Source: Octopus bimaculoides (lineage: Eukaryota). Taken from it: a DNA stretch of 64,000 bases. The notes under the pieces are model-generated. The model searched no databases, was not told the DNA's origin, and saw only the letters and a program-made list of their open reading frames with translations. A program made the translations under genes and the position numbers. Location of the stretch: assembly GCF_001194135.2 (NCBI RefSeq), contig NC_068985.1, forward strand, positions 30,728,209 to 30,792,208. Reading direction: 5' to 3'. Shown piece by piece: positions 51,230-64,000 of this stretch; the stretch's first letter is position 1; each line of letters opens with the position of its first letter.

Positions 51230-51600
51230 TACTACCAGAAGTTGTACTGTAAATCAGTGATTTAAAATACCTCCTTTGGTCATGATTGACCATGGGATTG
51301 CACCTAGAAAGTTCCCCTACAAGGCACAAATTTGGGCAAGGTTGTTTATGGAAAACCAGCAATTGCCCATGCATACTGGCCTTCTCCATGCTACCAATGT
51401 TATCCAAGGGAAAGGGAAAGGCCAATACAGTTTGGCACCAGTGGTGTTGCAACTCATTTCTACAGATGAGTGAATTGGAGCAACATGAAATAAAGTGTCT
51501 TGCTCAAGACTACAGCATAAAGTTTAGTCCAGGAACCAAACTCACTACCTCATGATTGTGAGCCTGATGCTCTAACCACTGAGCCACACACCTTCACATA
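51230..51600 (-). mobile_element. tRNA-derived SINE (third family), antisense
   Basis: Reverse complement of 51461-51600 matches the head of the 52763 copy. Confidence 0.7.
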
Positions 51601-51708
51601 AATCAGTGGTTTAACTTTAAATAGCTGTGATGTACAATGTTCATAGAAGAGAAATGACAGAGTTAAATTACTTTCAGTGTATTATTAATATTTATTTATT
51701 TGTTTTAG

Positions 51709-51746
51709 CTTTGCATGGATGGAAAACAAAGTTGAAACAAATATAG
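51709..51746 (+). CDS. Candidate terminal exon 8A after exon 7A: (A)LHGWKTKLKQI*
   Basis: tttgttttAG acceptor at 51707-08; phase-1 join gives GCT then 11 codons to TAG; AATAAA at 52212-17. Short, so chance is possible. Confidence 0.4.
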
Positions 51747-52728
51747 AGAGAGACTGAACTAGTTGCAGTCAATGTCATATTTTACTGAATCAAGATCATG
51801 TCTATGACTCTTAACATGTAAATAACATTGGCTTTTAACTTTTGCACAAAGCCACAATTATTGGGGTGAGCACAATCAATTAAAGTGGCTCCTATACTTC
51901 TTTATTGTTTCTGGATGGATGGAAAACAAAGCTGACACCAGCAAGTTTTGAATTCAGAACATAAAGTGATGTTAGTAACTACCACAAGGCATTTCGTCTG
52001 GTATTCTATTAATTTTACCCTTAGCATGATAATAATATTGAATCCTAATATTGACACAAAGCAAAACATTTGTGGGTAGAGGAGAGCATTGTCAATTGAA
52101 TGGTATTTATTTGATGCAACCAAGCTGGAATTCAGCAGAAAACAAAGAAGTATTGTTGGACACCTATGGTATGCTAATAATATTGTATTATTGATAAGTG
52201 TATTATATAACAATAAAATTTCTGATTGAACTATACCTTCATAATGTATACAGTTGTAGAGTATAGTTATATACAGTTCAAGAGATACTGGGGATTTATT
52301 TTATTTTTATATTTATCAAATTTATACCTTGAAATAAGTCATCATTAAAATTTTATTTTAAGGAACTCTTCGTCTTTTTGAATGGATATGATTTTCTGAT
52401 TATAAATTTAACATTGCAATCTTCCCAAATACAGTCTCTTATTTCACACATGCTATTAGATGTTTGGCCATTTCAAAACTCAAGCTAAATAATCAGGAAG
52501 AAATAAATCCATATCACATGCTCACTTGCTAATGGTTGCCCATTGAATCCAATAATGACCATCTCCTTCATTTCTGAATCCTTTGATAACTAGTTAGATC
52601 ATACATACATGCATACATACATATGTACCCATGTATGTATACAAACATGTATCTATGTATGCATACATACATATGTATCTATGTATGTATAAGCATATAT
52701 ATGTATGTATATGTATGTATGTATGTAA

Positions 52729-52762
<34 letters not shown>

Positions 52763-52765
<3 letters not shown>

Positions 52766-53090
52766 GTGAAGGCACATGGCTTAGTGGGTAGGGCATTTGG
52801 CTCACAATCATAAGGTCATGAGTTCAACTATCGGCGACACATTGTGTCCTTGAGCAAGACACTTTATTTCACATTTCTCCAGTCCACTCAGCTGGCAAAA
52901 GTGAGTAGCACCTGTGTTTCAAAGGGTCAACCTTGTCACACTCTGTGTCATGCTGAATCTCCCTGAGAACTACATTAAGGGTACATGTGTCTGTGGAGTG
53001 CTCAGCCACTTGCATGTTAATTTCACAAGCAAGCTGTTCCATTGATTGTATTAGCTGGGACCCTCGTTGTCGTAGCCGACTGAGTGCTCC
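52763..53090 (+). mobile_element. tRNA-derived SINE (third family)
   Basis: TGGCTTAGTGG box A, box B-like GAGTTCAA, and conserved body. Confidence 0.8.
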
Positions 53091-54106
53091 TTTTTATATA
53101 TATATATATATATATNNNNNNNNNNNNNNNNNNNNNNNNNNNNNNNNNNNNNNNNNNNNNNNNNNNNNNNNNNNNNNNNNNNNNNNNNNNNNNNNNNNNN
53201 NNNNNNNNNNNNNNNNNNNNNNNNNNNNNNNNNNNNNNNNNNNNNNNNNNNNNNNNNNNNNNNNNNNNNNNNNNNNNNNNNNNNNNNNNNNNNNNNNNNN
53301 NNNNNNNNNNNNNNNNNNNNNNNNNNNNNNNNNNNNNNNNNNNNNNNNNNNNNNNNNNNNNNNNNNNNNNNNNNNNNNNNNNNNNNNNNNNNNNNNNNNN
53401 NNNNNNNNNNNNNNNNNNNNNNNNNNNNNNNNNNNNNNNNNNNNNNNNNNNNNNNNNNNNNNNNNNNNNNNNNNNNNNNNNNNNNNNNNNNNNNNNNNNN
53501 NNNNNNNNNNNNNNNNNNNNNNNNNNNNNNNNNNNNNNNNNNNNNNNNNNNNNNNNNNNNNNNNNNNNNNNNNNNNNNNNNNNNNNNNNNNNNNNNNNNN
53601 NNNNNNNNNNNNNNNNNNNNNNNNNNNNNNNNNNNNNNNNNNNNNNNNNNNNNNNNNNNNNNNNNNNNNNNNNNNNNNNNNNNNNNNNNNNNNNNNNNNN
53701 NNNNNNNNNNNNNNNNNNNNNNNNNNNNNNNNNNNNNNNNNNNNNNNNNNNNNNNNNNNNNNNNNNNNNNNNNNNNNNNNNNNNNNNNNNNNNNNNNNNN
53801 NNNNNNNNNNNNNNNNNNNNNNNNNNNNNNNNNNNNNNNNNNNNNNNNNNNNNNNNNNNNNNNNNNNNNNNNNNNNNNNNNNNNNNNNNNNNNNNNNNNN
53901 NNNNNNNNNNNNNNNNNNNNNNNNNNNNNNNNNNNNNNNNNNNNNNNNNNNNNNNNNNNNNNNNNNNNNNNNNNNNNNNNNNNNNNNNNNNNNNNNNNNN
54001 NNNNNNNNNNNNNNNNNNNNNNNNNNNNNNNNNNNNNNNNNNNNNNNNNNNNNNNNNNNNNNNNNNNNNNNNNNNNNNNNNNNNNNNNNNNNNNNNNNNN
54101 NNNNNN

Positions 54107-54153
<47 letters not shown>

Positions 54154-54370
54154 GGGGTACTGAAAGGTTCCTGGCTTTAAAGGTATTATGAAAGGCCTGG
54201 CTGGAGGCCCAACCTTCCAAGTTATTTTACAAGGCTTAGAAAAACTGAAGGACCACTGCAATAAGTGTATGAATCTGAGAGAGGAATATGTTGAATAAAA
54301 TCATAAATAACTGATCCTCCTGTATTTTCTTTTACCCACAGTCAAGTACCTCTCAGCACCCATTGTATAA

Positions 54371-54888
54371 TACAGGGTGCAGTGAATAAACTGTCATCTA
54401 AATCACACAAAAATGAAAATAACACTGACATCTCATTTTAACAGATATATTTACCAAAATTACATAAAAATATCTTGAAATACTTAAGAGTAAATTTATT
54501 CAATAAAATCGCCATTGGGTTCAACCACAGTCTCCAGACGACTTCAGAATCTCCTGCAACTCTTCTGGATGGTCTTCTTGTTTAAGTTGGTGAATGCTGC
54601 CATAATCCTTGACTTCAGTTCATCTTTGGTGTTACAAGAAGTTTTGTTGGTCTGTCACTCAACTGCGCCCCGCACATAATAATCAAGGGGGTTGCAGTCT
54701 GGGGAGTTAGGTGGCCAGATGTTAGGGGTGATGTGGTCGCAGAAATTGTCTGACAGCCATGACTGAGTTCTCCTGCTTGTGTGGCATGGTGCAGAGTCCT
54801 GTTGTCAGACACAGGGTCTTCCAGCAGCCACCCTCTTGAGCCAAGGCAGCACTACCTCCTCTAAGCACTTAATGTAGGCCTCCTTGTT
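54371..54888 (-). mobile_element. maT-like Tc1/mariner 3' fragment with TIR, second copy
   Basis: YIKCLEEVVLPW...QQDSAPCHTS...WPPNSPDCNPLDYYV; same TIR as at 2647; runs into a gap. Confidence 0.88.
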
Positions 54889-57800
54889 NNNNNNNNNNNN
54901 NNNNNNNNNNNNNNNNNNNNNNNNNNNNNNNNNNNNNNNNNNNNNNNNNNNNNNNNNNNNNNNNNNNNNNNNNNNNNNNNNNNNNNNNNNNNNNNNNNNN
55001 NNNNNNNNNNNNNNNNNNNNNNNNNNNNNNNNNNNNNNNNNNNNNNNNNNNNNNNNNNNNNNNNNNNNNNNNNNNNNNNNNNNNNNNNNNNNNNNNNNNN
55101 NNNNNNNNNNNNNNNNNNNNNNNNNNNNNNNNNNNNNNNNNNNNNNNNNNNNNNNNNNNNNNNNNNNNNNNNNNNNNNNNNNNNNNNNNNNNNNNNNNNN
55201 NNNNNNNNNNNNNNNNNNNNNNNNNNNNNNNNNNNNNNNNNNNNNNNNNNNNNNNNNNNNNNNNNNNNNNNNNNNNNNNNNNNNNNNNNNNNNNNNNNNN
55301 NNNNNNNNNNNNNNNNNNNNNNNNNNNNNNNNNNNNNNNNNNNNNNNNNNNNNNNNNNNNNNNNNNNNNNNNNNNNNNNNNNNNNNNNNNNNNNNNNNNN
55401 NNNNNNNNNNNNNNNNNNNNNNNNNNNNNNNNNNNNNNNNNNNNNNNNNNNNNNNNNNNNNNNNNNNNNNNNNNNNNNNNNNNNNNNNNNNNNNNNNNNN
55501 NNNNNNNNNNNNNNNNNNNNNNNNNNNNNNNNNNNNNNNNNNNNNNNNNNNNNATATATATGAGACCAGAAGCCATGCAAAAATGTATGTTGTTACAAGT
55601 ACATTGTTTATTGCCATAAAAAGATATAGCAAAAATCCCTTATTGTGCCTCAAATAGACATTAGTTCCATGAATCTGCTCATTATTGTGCTATGATATGA
55701 AATTTTTCTGTCAAACTTAAATTACAATTTTAAACATTTACTACAGCTGTTTTCAAATTACTGAGAACTAGCTTGAGACCACAGTACAGCAGTAACCTTA
55801 AGCACTTACTATATATAGTCTGATTATATAATACAAATGAAGGCACTCATTTGCCAAAACTCTATAAGCTAAATCTGGGAATGCACTTTCAATGTAACCA
55901 AAGGAATAAGCATAAAGATATTTTTTAAAAACTACCATTGGCATCAACACTTAAGAAGATCAAGCATTGGAAAAATTTAATTGCCAATGGCATTGTGACC
56001 AAGCATTCATCATCATTAAAAATGTTCTTTCAGTACTAAATACTTTGATTCTTTTATTGTGCTTGTAGCTCTTTAGTTCTTTGAACTAACACTTTCAGCT
56101 GTATGGGTGTGTGAATATGCATGTGTAACAATATTTGGAAATGCACATGTACATGTGTGTGAGGGAAACTAATACTTGACACAGCACTTGAAGTAATGAA
56201 CTGATTAATGATATATAAGTAATTATTCCTAGCCTTGCTCAAAAATAATGTTGGGATTATAAAAATATGGGGCCTGCAACTGAGAGATTGAAACTTGATC
56301 TAGCTGGGTCTCAGCTTCAGTTCTATCATAACCATGCATTCTTTTTCTACTTTGGTTTTGGTACAACTGGAATATTCAATTTCATTCAGTTTTTCAGTGG
56401 AGAGGATTTACATAATATAAAAATGAGTGTAACTCTCTTTTCTTTTGGGGAAATTTTGAATTGGTAAAACAAATATGTTTTCATAAAGTACAAACAGCAT
56501 GGAAAATTCTGAAAATGAAATTCAAGCAACTGAAATTAAATAAAATTATTTAAAAATGTATCTAAATTTATTAATATAAATTGAACTAAGCTACTAATAA
56601 AAATAAAAAAATTAATAATAAAACTTCAAATCCAATTTCAGTTTGTAAAATTTTTCATTCAATTCTGCATTTGTGAAAACATCTATAATTTATTAAGTTG
56701 GAATCTTAACTTGAGAAATTTACTTTAAAAAAAGATGAATTAAATAATAATACTCATCTCAGGTTTCTACATCCAACATAAGTTGTTTGATAAACATTTC
56801 TGTTCTAAAGATTATTATTTTAATCCTTCATTTATCCTAGTTCTATTTCAGAAATAATGTTTGTTCCTTTAAAAGCAATTATGATTGTATTTGACTACAG
56901 TCTGCACCAGAATAATTTAAAACTAAATCATTAAAACTTTGAACCTTATTATTATTTTACTTCTGCTTATTTTCATTTTATTTTTATGTTTTATTGTTGT
57001 TTATTATCTTAGAAAATGCAAACCTATGTAGCTGTTTACCATATGACAGCTTTAATGTGCCGCAAGGGATGGCACTTGAGTAGCTTTCAGTTTTATTTTC
57101 TGGTAGACTTAAAATCTAAGATTTCCAAATACTATGTAAATGTAAATGAAATGAAAATATCTTCACCCTAGAATTGAAATCAGGCCACAGTTTTGGTTAG
57201 TGGAATGCTTAGTCAATCCGTGGTATGCACGCAATTTGCATTTAGAAAAGATATTACTTTATCTGTTTGCATATTGTTTTTATTGGTGGGATGCTGAAAT
57301 CTAAATGCATATCTATGTAGAGTACAATAAGGATGACCAAGTGATTAAGAAGTTCATTTCACAATAACGAGGTCTTGGGTTTGATTAGAATGCAAAGATG
57401 GACACAATGCCACTGAACATTTTGTCAAGCATGCTAACTATTCTGCCAGCTCGCCACTTTTTCCATTCTGAGAATTTTAACATACAGTTATAAGCTCATA
57501 TCTTATTGCAAGCCTATATGTTGCTTCTGAACATTCTCATTATGAGGGTCCTTCACCATCCTCATCATTGCCACGATTAAACATCCCTTTCCCACACTGG
57601 TATAAGCTGGATGGTTCAACAGAAGCTGGTGAGCCAGTGACTATGCCAAGTCTTAATGTCTGTATTGGCATGGTTTTTATGGCAATGTGTCCTTTGTAAT
57701 GCCAACCATTTTTCAGTGTGTGTTGGGTGCCTTTTATGCAGCATTGGCATCCATGAAGTCACCAAGTAACTTGTAAGACGTCTCTACTGAGTGGGGGAGT

Positions 57801-58479
57801 AGTATTGAGGGAGATGACTTTATGCCAGGTGATGAGAGATTGAAGTATGATAGGGGGACAGAAACAGGTGTCATGCTGTTGGAAGAAGAAAAAAGAGGAG
57901 AGAAAAAGATGGTGGGGGAGATGTGTCAGGACATACACTCAAGGGAGGAGAATGTAAATGAAGTGGTAGATTTGCATGAGCATGTGCATGCATGTGTGCA
58001 TGCATGTGTGTGTTGCACATATGCATATGTGTGTCATGCATGTGTGAGTGGTGTGCACATGCATCTATGTGTGTGCATGCACATGCATTTGTGTGTGTGT
58101 GTGTGTCTCCATAGACTTTATGAATTTCTTTCAACCAAGCAAATGTGTCTCTATTATGGTAAAATTTTGCTGACCCTGTTTGACCATATGTTGTCATAGC
58201 TGAGCTCTTTCTTTTCAACATGTGCAACCTGCAAATTTGTCATGTTTGCAAATTCTTGAGCTGAGAATGATCAGTAAAATTATCAAACTGAAGATACACA
58301 GTTAAGAGAATGACTTTCCATTAAAAAAAGAACCTAATGATGGGTATTTTTTCTATTTAGAATTTTAAAATATTGTGCTGGTCTATACACATTCAGTGAA
58401 CTTGAAAATTACTTTTGAGATCATACAAGCTATTGTACTTAATTACAAGTGAAAATCATGATTAATTTAAAAGAATATA

Positions 58480-59480
58480 TAAAGGTCTGTCCAAAACAAC
58501 CCAATCGTCTTATAAAACAAAACAAAATTCTTGCCTTTCTCACAGTTTAATCAGATTTTTCTTCAAAATAGTTCCCTTCACTGCTCCCAATATACTTTGT
58601 AGTTTTGAATTGCCTCCTGGAATGCATTTTCAGGGGTAGTGTACAGTTCTCATATCAAATAAAGATTATCCTTTCAGGACAGATCTCTCAACTTTTGGAA
58701 CAAAAATGTCTGCAGGGGTCAAATCTATAGAACATAGTTGTTGGGCACAAGGGACATTAAAGTTATAGATAAGAACTGACACATAAGCAGGTACACAGCC
58801 ATTGTACAGCATTCAGGTTTTGTCATACATTCTCTCTCAGACACTTCATGGCATCCAAGTAAAGCTCTTCATTGATCATCTGATCACATGAAACAAACTC
58901 ATGGTGAATAACACCCTTCCACATTTGAGCAGCTCCAGCATGTATTTTTATAGATGTGGAAATGCTATTTTAATTCACTGTGGCAAATACCTTTTTATTT
59001 TGATGTCAAAACTGTACACCCGCATTTCCTCAGCCATTATAACACTTTTTAGAAAGTTTTCTTTGACATTCAGACAATCAAACAGCTTTTGACCCACTGT
59101 GACTTGGTTCAATTTCTGTTCATAACTTTTGCTACAACTTAATGCATCTTCAATTTATCTTTCAAAATAAGGTGGCACAAACTTTTACAGATGTCTCTAC
59201 CTTTGAAAACTTCAAAGACAATGAAACAATGATTTTCATGGATTGTATTATTTACTCATAGTAGGTGATAATTTTCTGTTGTCATGAAAGTTCATCCAAG
59301 TTTTGGATTGTCTTGCAAAGATGTTCTTCCCTATTTGGAAAGCTGCTTCCACAAATCTCAAACAATTCTGTTATAGGCTTATTGCAACATTAGAAAAGTC
59401 TCTATAATAATCTTTATCCCAAATTAAAGCTGAATTTCCCATAAATATGTTGCTCTTCCAAATCGCTCATTGTTCAAGTA
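58480..59480 (-). mobile_element. Heavily decayed mariner transposase
   Basis: GRTSLQDNP, EQKLNQV...FLKSVIMAEEMRVYSFD (resembling ITGDETWVY), PENAFQEA; many stops and frameshifts. Confidence 0.7.
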
Positions 59481-60732
59481 CATTAAAATAAATTCACTTT
59501 AGTACATGTAAATCAATGACTATTATTAGATTGAAAGTCAAGGTCACCTATGTAGAACATTTCACACTCTAACAGCTTATCGGTATGCTGTTTTAAATGT
59601 CTATTTTCTTTTCAAATAGACCACATATGTATGAAATGTTTATGAAAAATATCAAAGGCTTCCTTATTATTACAAGTGTTACAGTTGTGTTATAGCCTGT
59701 GGATATTTTGAAATAGATACAAAGGAAACACATTGAAAGAAACATTTGATCAACTTTTATAGTCATGACCATCATATCATTATTATGAGACATTTTGTTT
59801 TACACGATTCACTTTTAAAGGTAATATATTGTTAAATGATGGGGAAGGGACAGCAACATCAAGTGACTATGTAGAAACATCTTCAGTAGTTCCTGCTCCT
59901 TTTTTTTTTTTTGTTAATTTTTTTCTTGTTTTCAATTTAGATGACTGATTAAATATATTATACAATAGAAATTGAATAACCAGTTTTTCTATTCTAGGAA
60001 ATAGTTCATTGATAGCTTTTAGTTTTTTGTTGCAGTTATTAACTTCAGTGTTGTCTCTGATAAAATGATAACCAAGCAATTCCTAATTTTAGTCAATACA
60101 GAGTTCAAATGGTTATTGTTTCTATACTTTTTGATTAGTTTTATAGAAGAAAAAATATTCATCTCTTTTTCCACATTATGTAAAACAAAAATAATGCATA
60201 ATATATAAACCATTTGTGGTATATGCTGCAAAAAAATTATTTTCATTCATGCATAATTTCCACACATTTAATAACTTTGGCATACATGCACTATCAATTT
60301 TGGACTTTAATATATGTTCTTTAAATTTAACAGCTTTAATCAGTGTTTTATTAACTGGTATAACAGACCATAATAAAACCTAATGTCTGTTTCTTTGTGA
60401 CATAAAGCTATTTGCCTTAAAGAATGGTTCTAATTCAGTAATACTATCCAAATTTATAACAATTTCCCACTTAAATTATTTTTATAATAGAATAAATATT
60501 TTAGCATAATTAAAAAATCTAAATCTACATAGGTGTGTACTCTTAATTTTGGTTTTAAATTAAATAATTTCAAAATTGTTTTAAAGTGTACTAAACTGTA
60601 TTTACAGAAATAACATATTAAAATTACTTTTAAATTGACTGTTTTGTAAATGTTTTTAATGGTTTCATTTTGTAAAATGTTTTGTTGAAATTTTACAAGA
60701 CAGAATTTTTTTCATTGTTTTTATTATAACAG

Positions 60733-60821
60733 GTTCTGATGGCTGCGGTAAATATTTACCTGTGCAGAGGTATCCGAAAGGGAGCAAGAAAGTAAATCAT
60801 GGTTTGGAGACTCTGTTGTGA
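60733..60821 (+). CDS. Candidate terminal tetraspanin exon, open in two frames: phase 0 VLMAAVNIYLCRGIRKGARK* (stop 60793-95); phase 1 (G)SDGCGKYLPVQRYPKGSKKVNHGLETLL* (stop 60819-21)
   Basis: Polypyrimidine tract and aacAG acceptor at 60731-32 in non-repetitive sequence. The phase-0 peptide resembles canonical tetraspanin ends (LCxxIRK). AATAAA at 61887 and 61945. Confidence 0.65.
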
Positions 60822-61266
60822 AGCATCTGATCTGCTCAAATTTTTGGCAATAGAACAATAGGCAAAGAACAGACAAAAATATACCCTGCAGCAGAGGTCC
60901 ATAGTATGAGAAACCAATGACAGGAATCCATCTTGAGGAGGTGAACACCAATAGCATTGAAACCGAAAAACATGAATGGCATTAGAGATATCAAAATGCC
61001 AAAATACAGTGTCCTATAACTGGCATGACAAAATGCCATGAAAATATGGTGCAGAAGACCATGTGGATAAATTGATCAATGCATATATATATATATATAT
61101 ATATATATGTTTTACATTAATATCACAGCATCTGAATGTATGTCATTATACATTTTATATTGAGGCATAAATCTCTATACATATGCAAATTACCTTTTGT
61201 TCAATTACGTTTTTTCATGCATATGTTTGAAAGTAAATGTAAAGTTTGGTAGCAAATGTTCTTTGA

Positions 61267-61304
<38 letters not shown>

Positions 61305-61674
61305 GATATATATATGATATATAGATTCCTGCATACTCATATATAATGAGTGTATAATTTTAAGACGTGTCTCTAGAAACTCATGCTTGAGTCCAAAGTT
61401 TATATTCTGAAAACTGGACTTAATTTTCGTGCCTCAGTTTATTTTTTTATATGTATATGTCTTTTGCATGTTTCTGGAACTTAAGCAATATGCTACAGCA
61501 CCATTTTTTAAATGTTGTGTACTACATATACTGGTATGTGCAATGCGGTATCTTGATTTGTGTCGTGAAGGTATCCCTTCAATTATTCATATACACACAC
61601 ACACACATATATATATATATATGTATATGTGTTCATATGTACACATATATGTATATTTTATATATATATATACG

Positions 61675-61778
<104 letters not shown>

Positions 61779-62141
61779 TTTCTGGGTTAATAGAAAAATA
61801 ATGTCAAAAAATTATAAAACTATCTTGTTGGAAGATTTGTTTTTCGTTTTCCAAACTTTTTCATCTTTCTTATGATCTTCCAATGTAATAAAGTGAAAAT
61901 GGTAAATGATAATCTAGTTTTCAGTCTTTCATTATAATAAACTTAATAAATATATCACCGAATTATTGTTTCCGAAACAAAACAGTCATGTCAATTTAAC
62001 ATGGTTTAATTGCTTACTTATTCTCCTCTTACTACTACTACTACTACTACTACTAGCAACTGTGACTAAACCCCAGACCAACAAAAGCTCTGCAAAAACA
62101 GGTTAAAGCCCATCTAATATACTGATATCTATCTATCTATC

Positions 62142-62189
<48 letters not shown>

Positions 62190-63484
62190 CATTGTGTAGG
62201 CATTGCAATACTAATAACATGGCGTTGAATACAATATACATATGCTTCTGGACAAAGCATTAGTTGAGTACAGAGCATTAATAAGAAGAATGAGGTGACA
62301 AAACAGCTATAAAATGCGGTGGACTCATAGTTGAGTATCTAAGTAGCACCATATAGCTTCATCAGAGTATGTTGTTGTTGTTGGTGGTGGTAGAGGAGTG
62401 ACGGCACAATAAATCCTTAGCAATATTTAATTCCATCTCTGTTCCATTAATGGTGGTAACTAGCAGTATTGGTTTTACATCAAATAAAATAGCTTACAGC
62501 TTTTAGCTATTTCTTTTTTTGACATTCTTCTGAGTTCAAATTTTGATGAGATTGAATTTGTTCGTCATCCTTCTACTAACAATGTAATAAAATACCATTC
62601 ATGTTCTGGAGTTGATTTATTGTCCTTTAATGCATCCTAGATATCAATGGAATTACAATAAAAAACTTAACAAAGTTTCAACTTTTCCTTTCAGTCATAG
62701 AATCTAAGAATGCGGATCAGACAAGAACGCCTGATTCAGTTTAACATATACATCATCATTATCATCAATATTGCTTTAATGCTTGCATGAGTTAAACAGA
62801 GTTTATTAAGGAAGATTTTCTGCAGTCAAATGCTCTTCCTGTCACCAACCTTGATCTCTTTCCAACCAACATCATGTTTTCCCATGCTTGGATGTATTTT
62901 TACAGAAAACTGGAAACAGATGATACCGTTTGTATGGCAGTAACATGCTTTTACAACAATCACATGATGTCAAGGCAAGAAGATACACATACACATACAT
63001 ATGTAGGTAGATACATACATACATATATACATACATGCACATACACACACATACACACGCGCACACACAACATCTCATTATTTATACTCTCCTATTTATC
63101 TGAATAATACAACTAAATTATCAATACTATCACTACATTATCATCACAACAACAAATATGATTACAAAGAAAGATGAGACTTAGTAGTGTTTTCTTTTCT
63201 GACGAGTAGCTATATTTTTGAGTAGAATTTATTTTCGATAATTTCAATTGATTTTAATCGATTTAAATTTCTTTTCTATTTGAAAATTAGTTATGAAACA
63301 CGTGTAATCTTTTTATTATATTTATCTTATGATATTTACTTTACTTTATATTATACTCATTTATTGTGCTTTTATATATTAATTTTTCTATATGTGATAG
63401 TGGATTTTCATCGATGAGTTCTTGAAACTTGGTTATTTTCCCTAAAACTATATATATATATATATATATATACATACATATATA

Positions 63485-64000
63485 TATCAGGTCATTAAGA
63501 ATGAAATGTCCAATTTTTTTAAGCATCAAGTTTGACAGTCATTAACTCTAATGTTTTACATTTCAAAAGTTGGTGTCTGATTATATTGTGAGTTTTCTCT
63601 TGTAAATCAATTTTTGTGAACCTATGGACAGATCAAAAATTCTGTATTCTTTATGAATATGAGTTCCGTCATGGAATCAATGCATCTCAGACAGCTCAAA
63701 ACATCAATGAGGTATTTGGTGAAGATGTAGCAAATGAATACACTGTACATGGATGGTTTGAGAAGTTCCAGTCTGGTGACTTTACTCTTGAAAATCAGCC
63801 CCGTGGTAGACCTGAGTCTAAAGTAGAAAATGATGAGCTGGAAACTGTAGTGGAAGTGGATACATCTCAAACTACACATGAGTTAGTAGCAAGGTTTGAT
63901 GTTTCGATTCCAACTGTATTGGACCATCTGAAACAAATTGGCAAGGTAAAGAAGCTGGACAAGTGGGTACCACATGAACTGAACGAGCATCAAATGACGT
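63485..64000 (+). mobile_element. Mariner (Hsmar1/Mos1-like) element 5' half, truncated by the window end
   Basis: TIR-like TATCAGGTC... at 63485; ATG 63624 MDRSK, a +1 frameshift near 63640, then an open frame LYEYEFRHG...WFEKFQSGDFTLENQPRGRP...KWVPHELNEHQ to the window end. Confidence 0.92.

Noticed and set aside
1511-53090. tRNA-like box A/box B heads
   Set aside because: They continue into SINE bodies and lack a full cloverleaf; not tRNA genes.
53116-55553. A second tetraspanin paralogue owning the 60733 exon
   Set aside because: No other tetraspanin exons are visible between 39056 and 60733 and the gaps are annotated as 1 kb or less; not fully excluded if gap sizes are underestimated.
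18276-55657. Long ORFs (170-412 aa) in the track at 18276, 27141-28025, 35910-37167, 40682-41707, 42645, 45504-46617, 52987-54261 and 54805-55657
   Set aside because: They consist of X from N-gaps plus microsatellite translation; not evidence of genes.
60836-61039. 67-aa hydrophobic minus-strand ORF (MAFCHASY...)
   Set aside because: It is antisense to the predicted 3' UTR, short, has no recognisable family motif or splice context, and purine-rich + strand sequence gives hydrophobic antisense codons by chance.

Overview
This is AT-rich (by eye), microsatellite-dense eukaryotic genomic DNA with 12 N-gaps. The SINE/LINE/mariner repertoire resembles a cephalopod (Octopus-like) draft assembly; that assignment is an inference, not a search result. 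One host gene is supported: a + strand, multi-exon tetraspanin with an ATG at 28469 and six phase-0 coding exons to 39055, including the CCG and PxxCC motifs and a 6-Cys large loop. TM4 is left unfinished at exon 6 and can be completed by more than one downstream exon (50493-50601, then 51709-51746 or 60733-60821; or 60733-60795 directly). The 60733 exon is open and plausible in two reading frames. A candidate CRE-containing promoter and non-coding first exon lie at about 12408-12722. The rest is decayed mobile DNA: R4/Dong-like REL retrotransposons bracketed by (TAA)n, Penelope-like fragments with hammerhead-ribozyme-like motifs, RTE and CR1-like LINE pieces, mariner/maT/hAT remnants, tRNA-derived SINEs, MITEs, and several long palindromes or foldbacks. 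Almost all long ORFs in the supplied track are N-gap or microsatellite artefacts. No CRISPR array, rRNA or bona fide tRNA gene was seen. All splice models were read by hand and lack transcript evidence.
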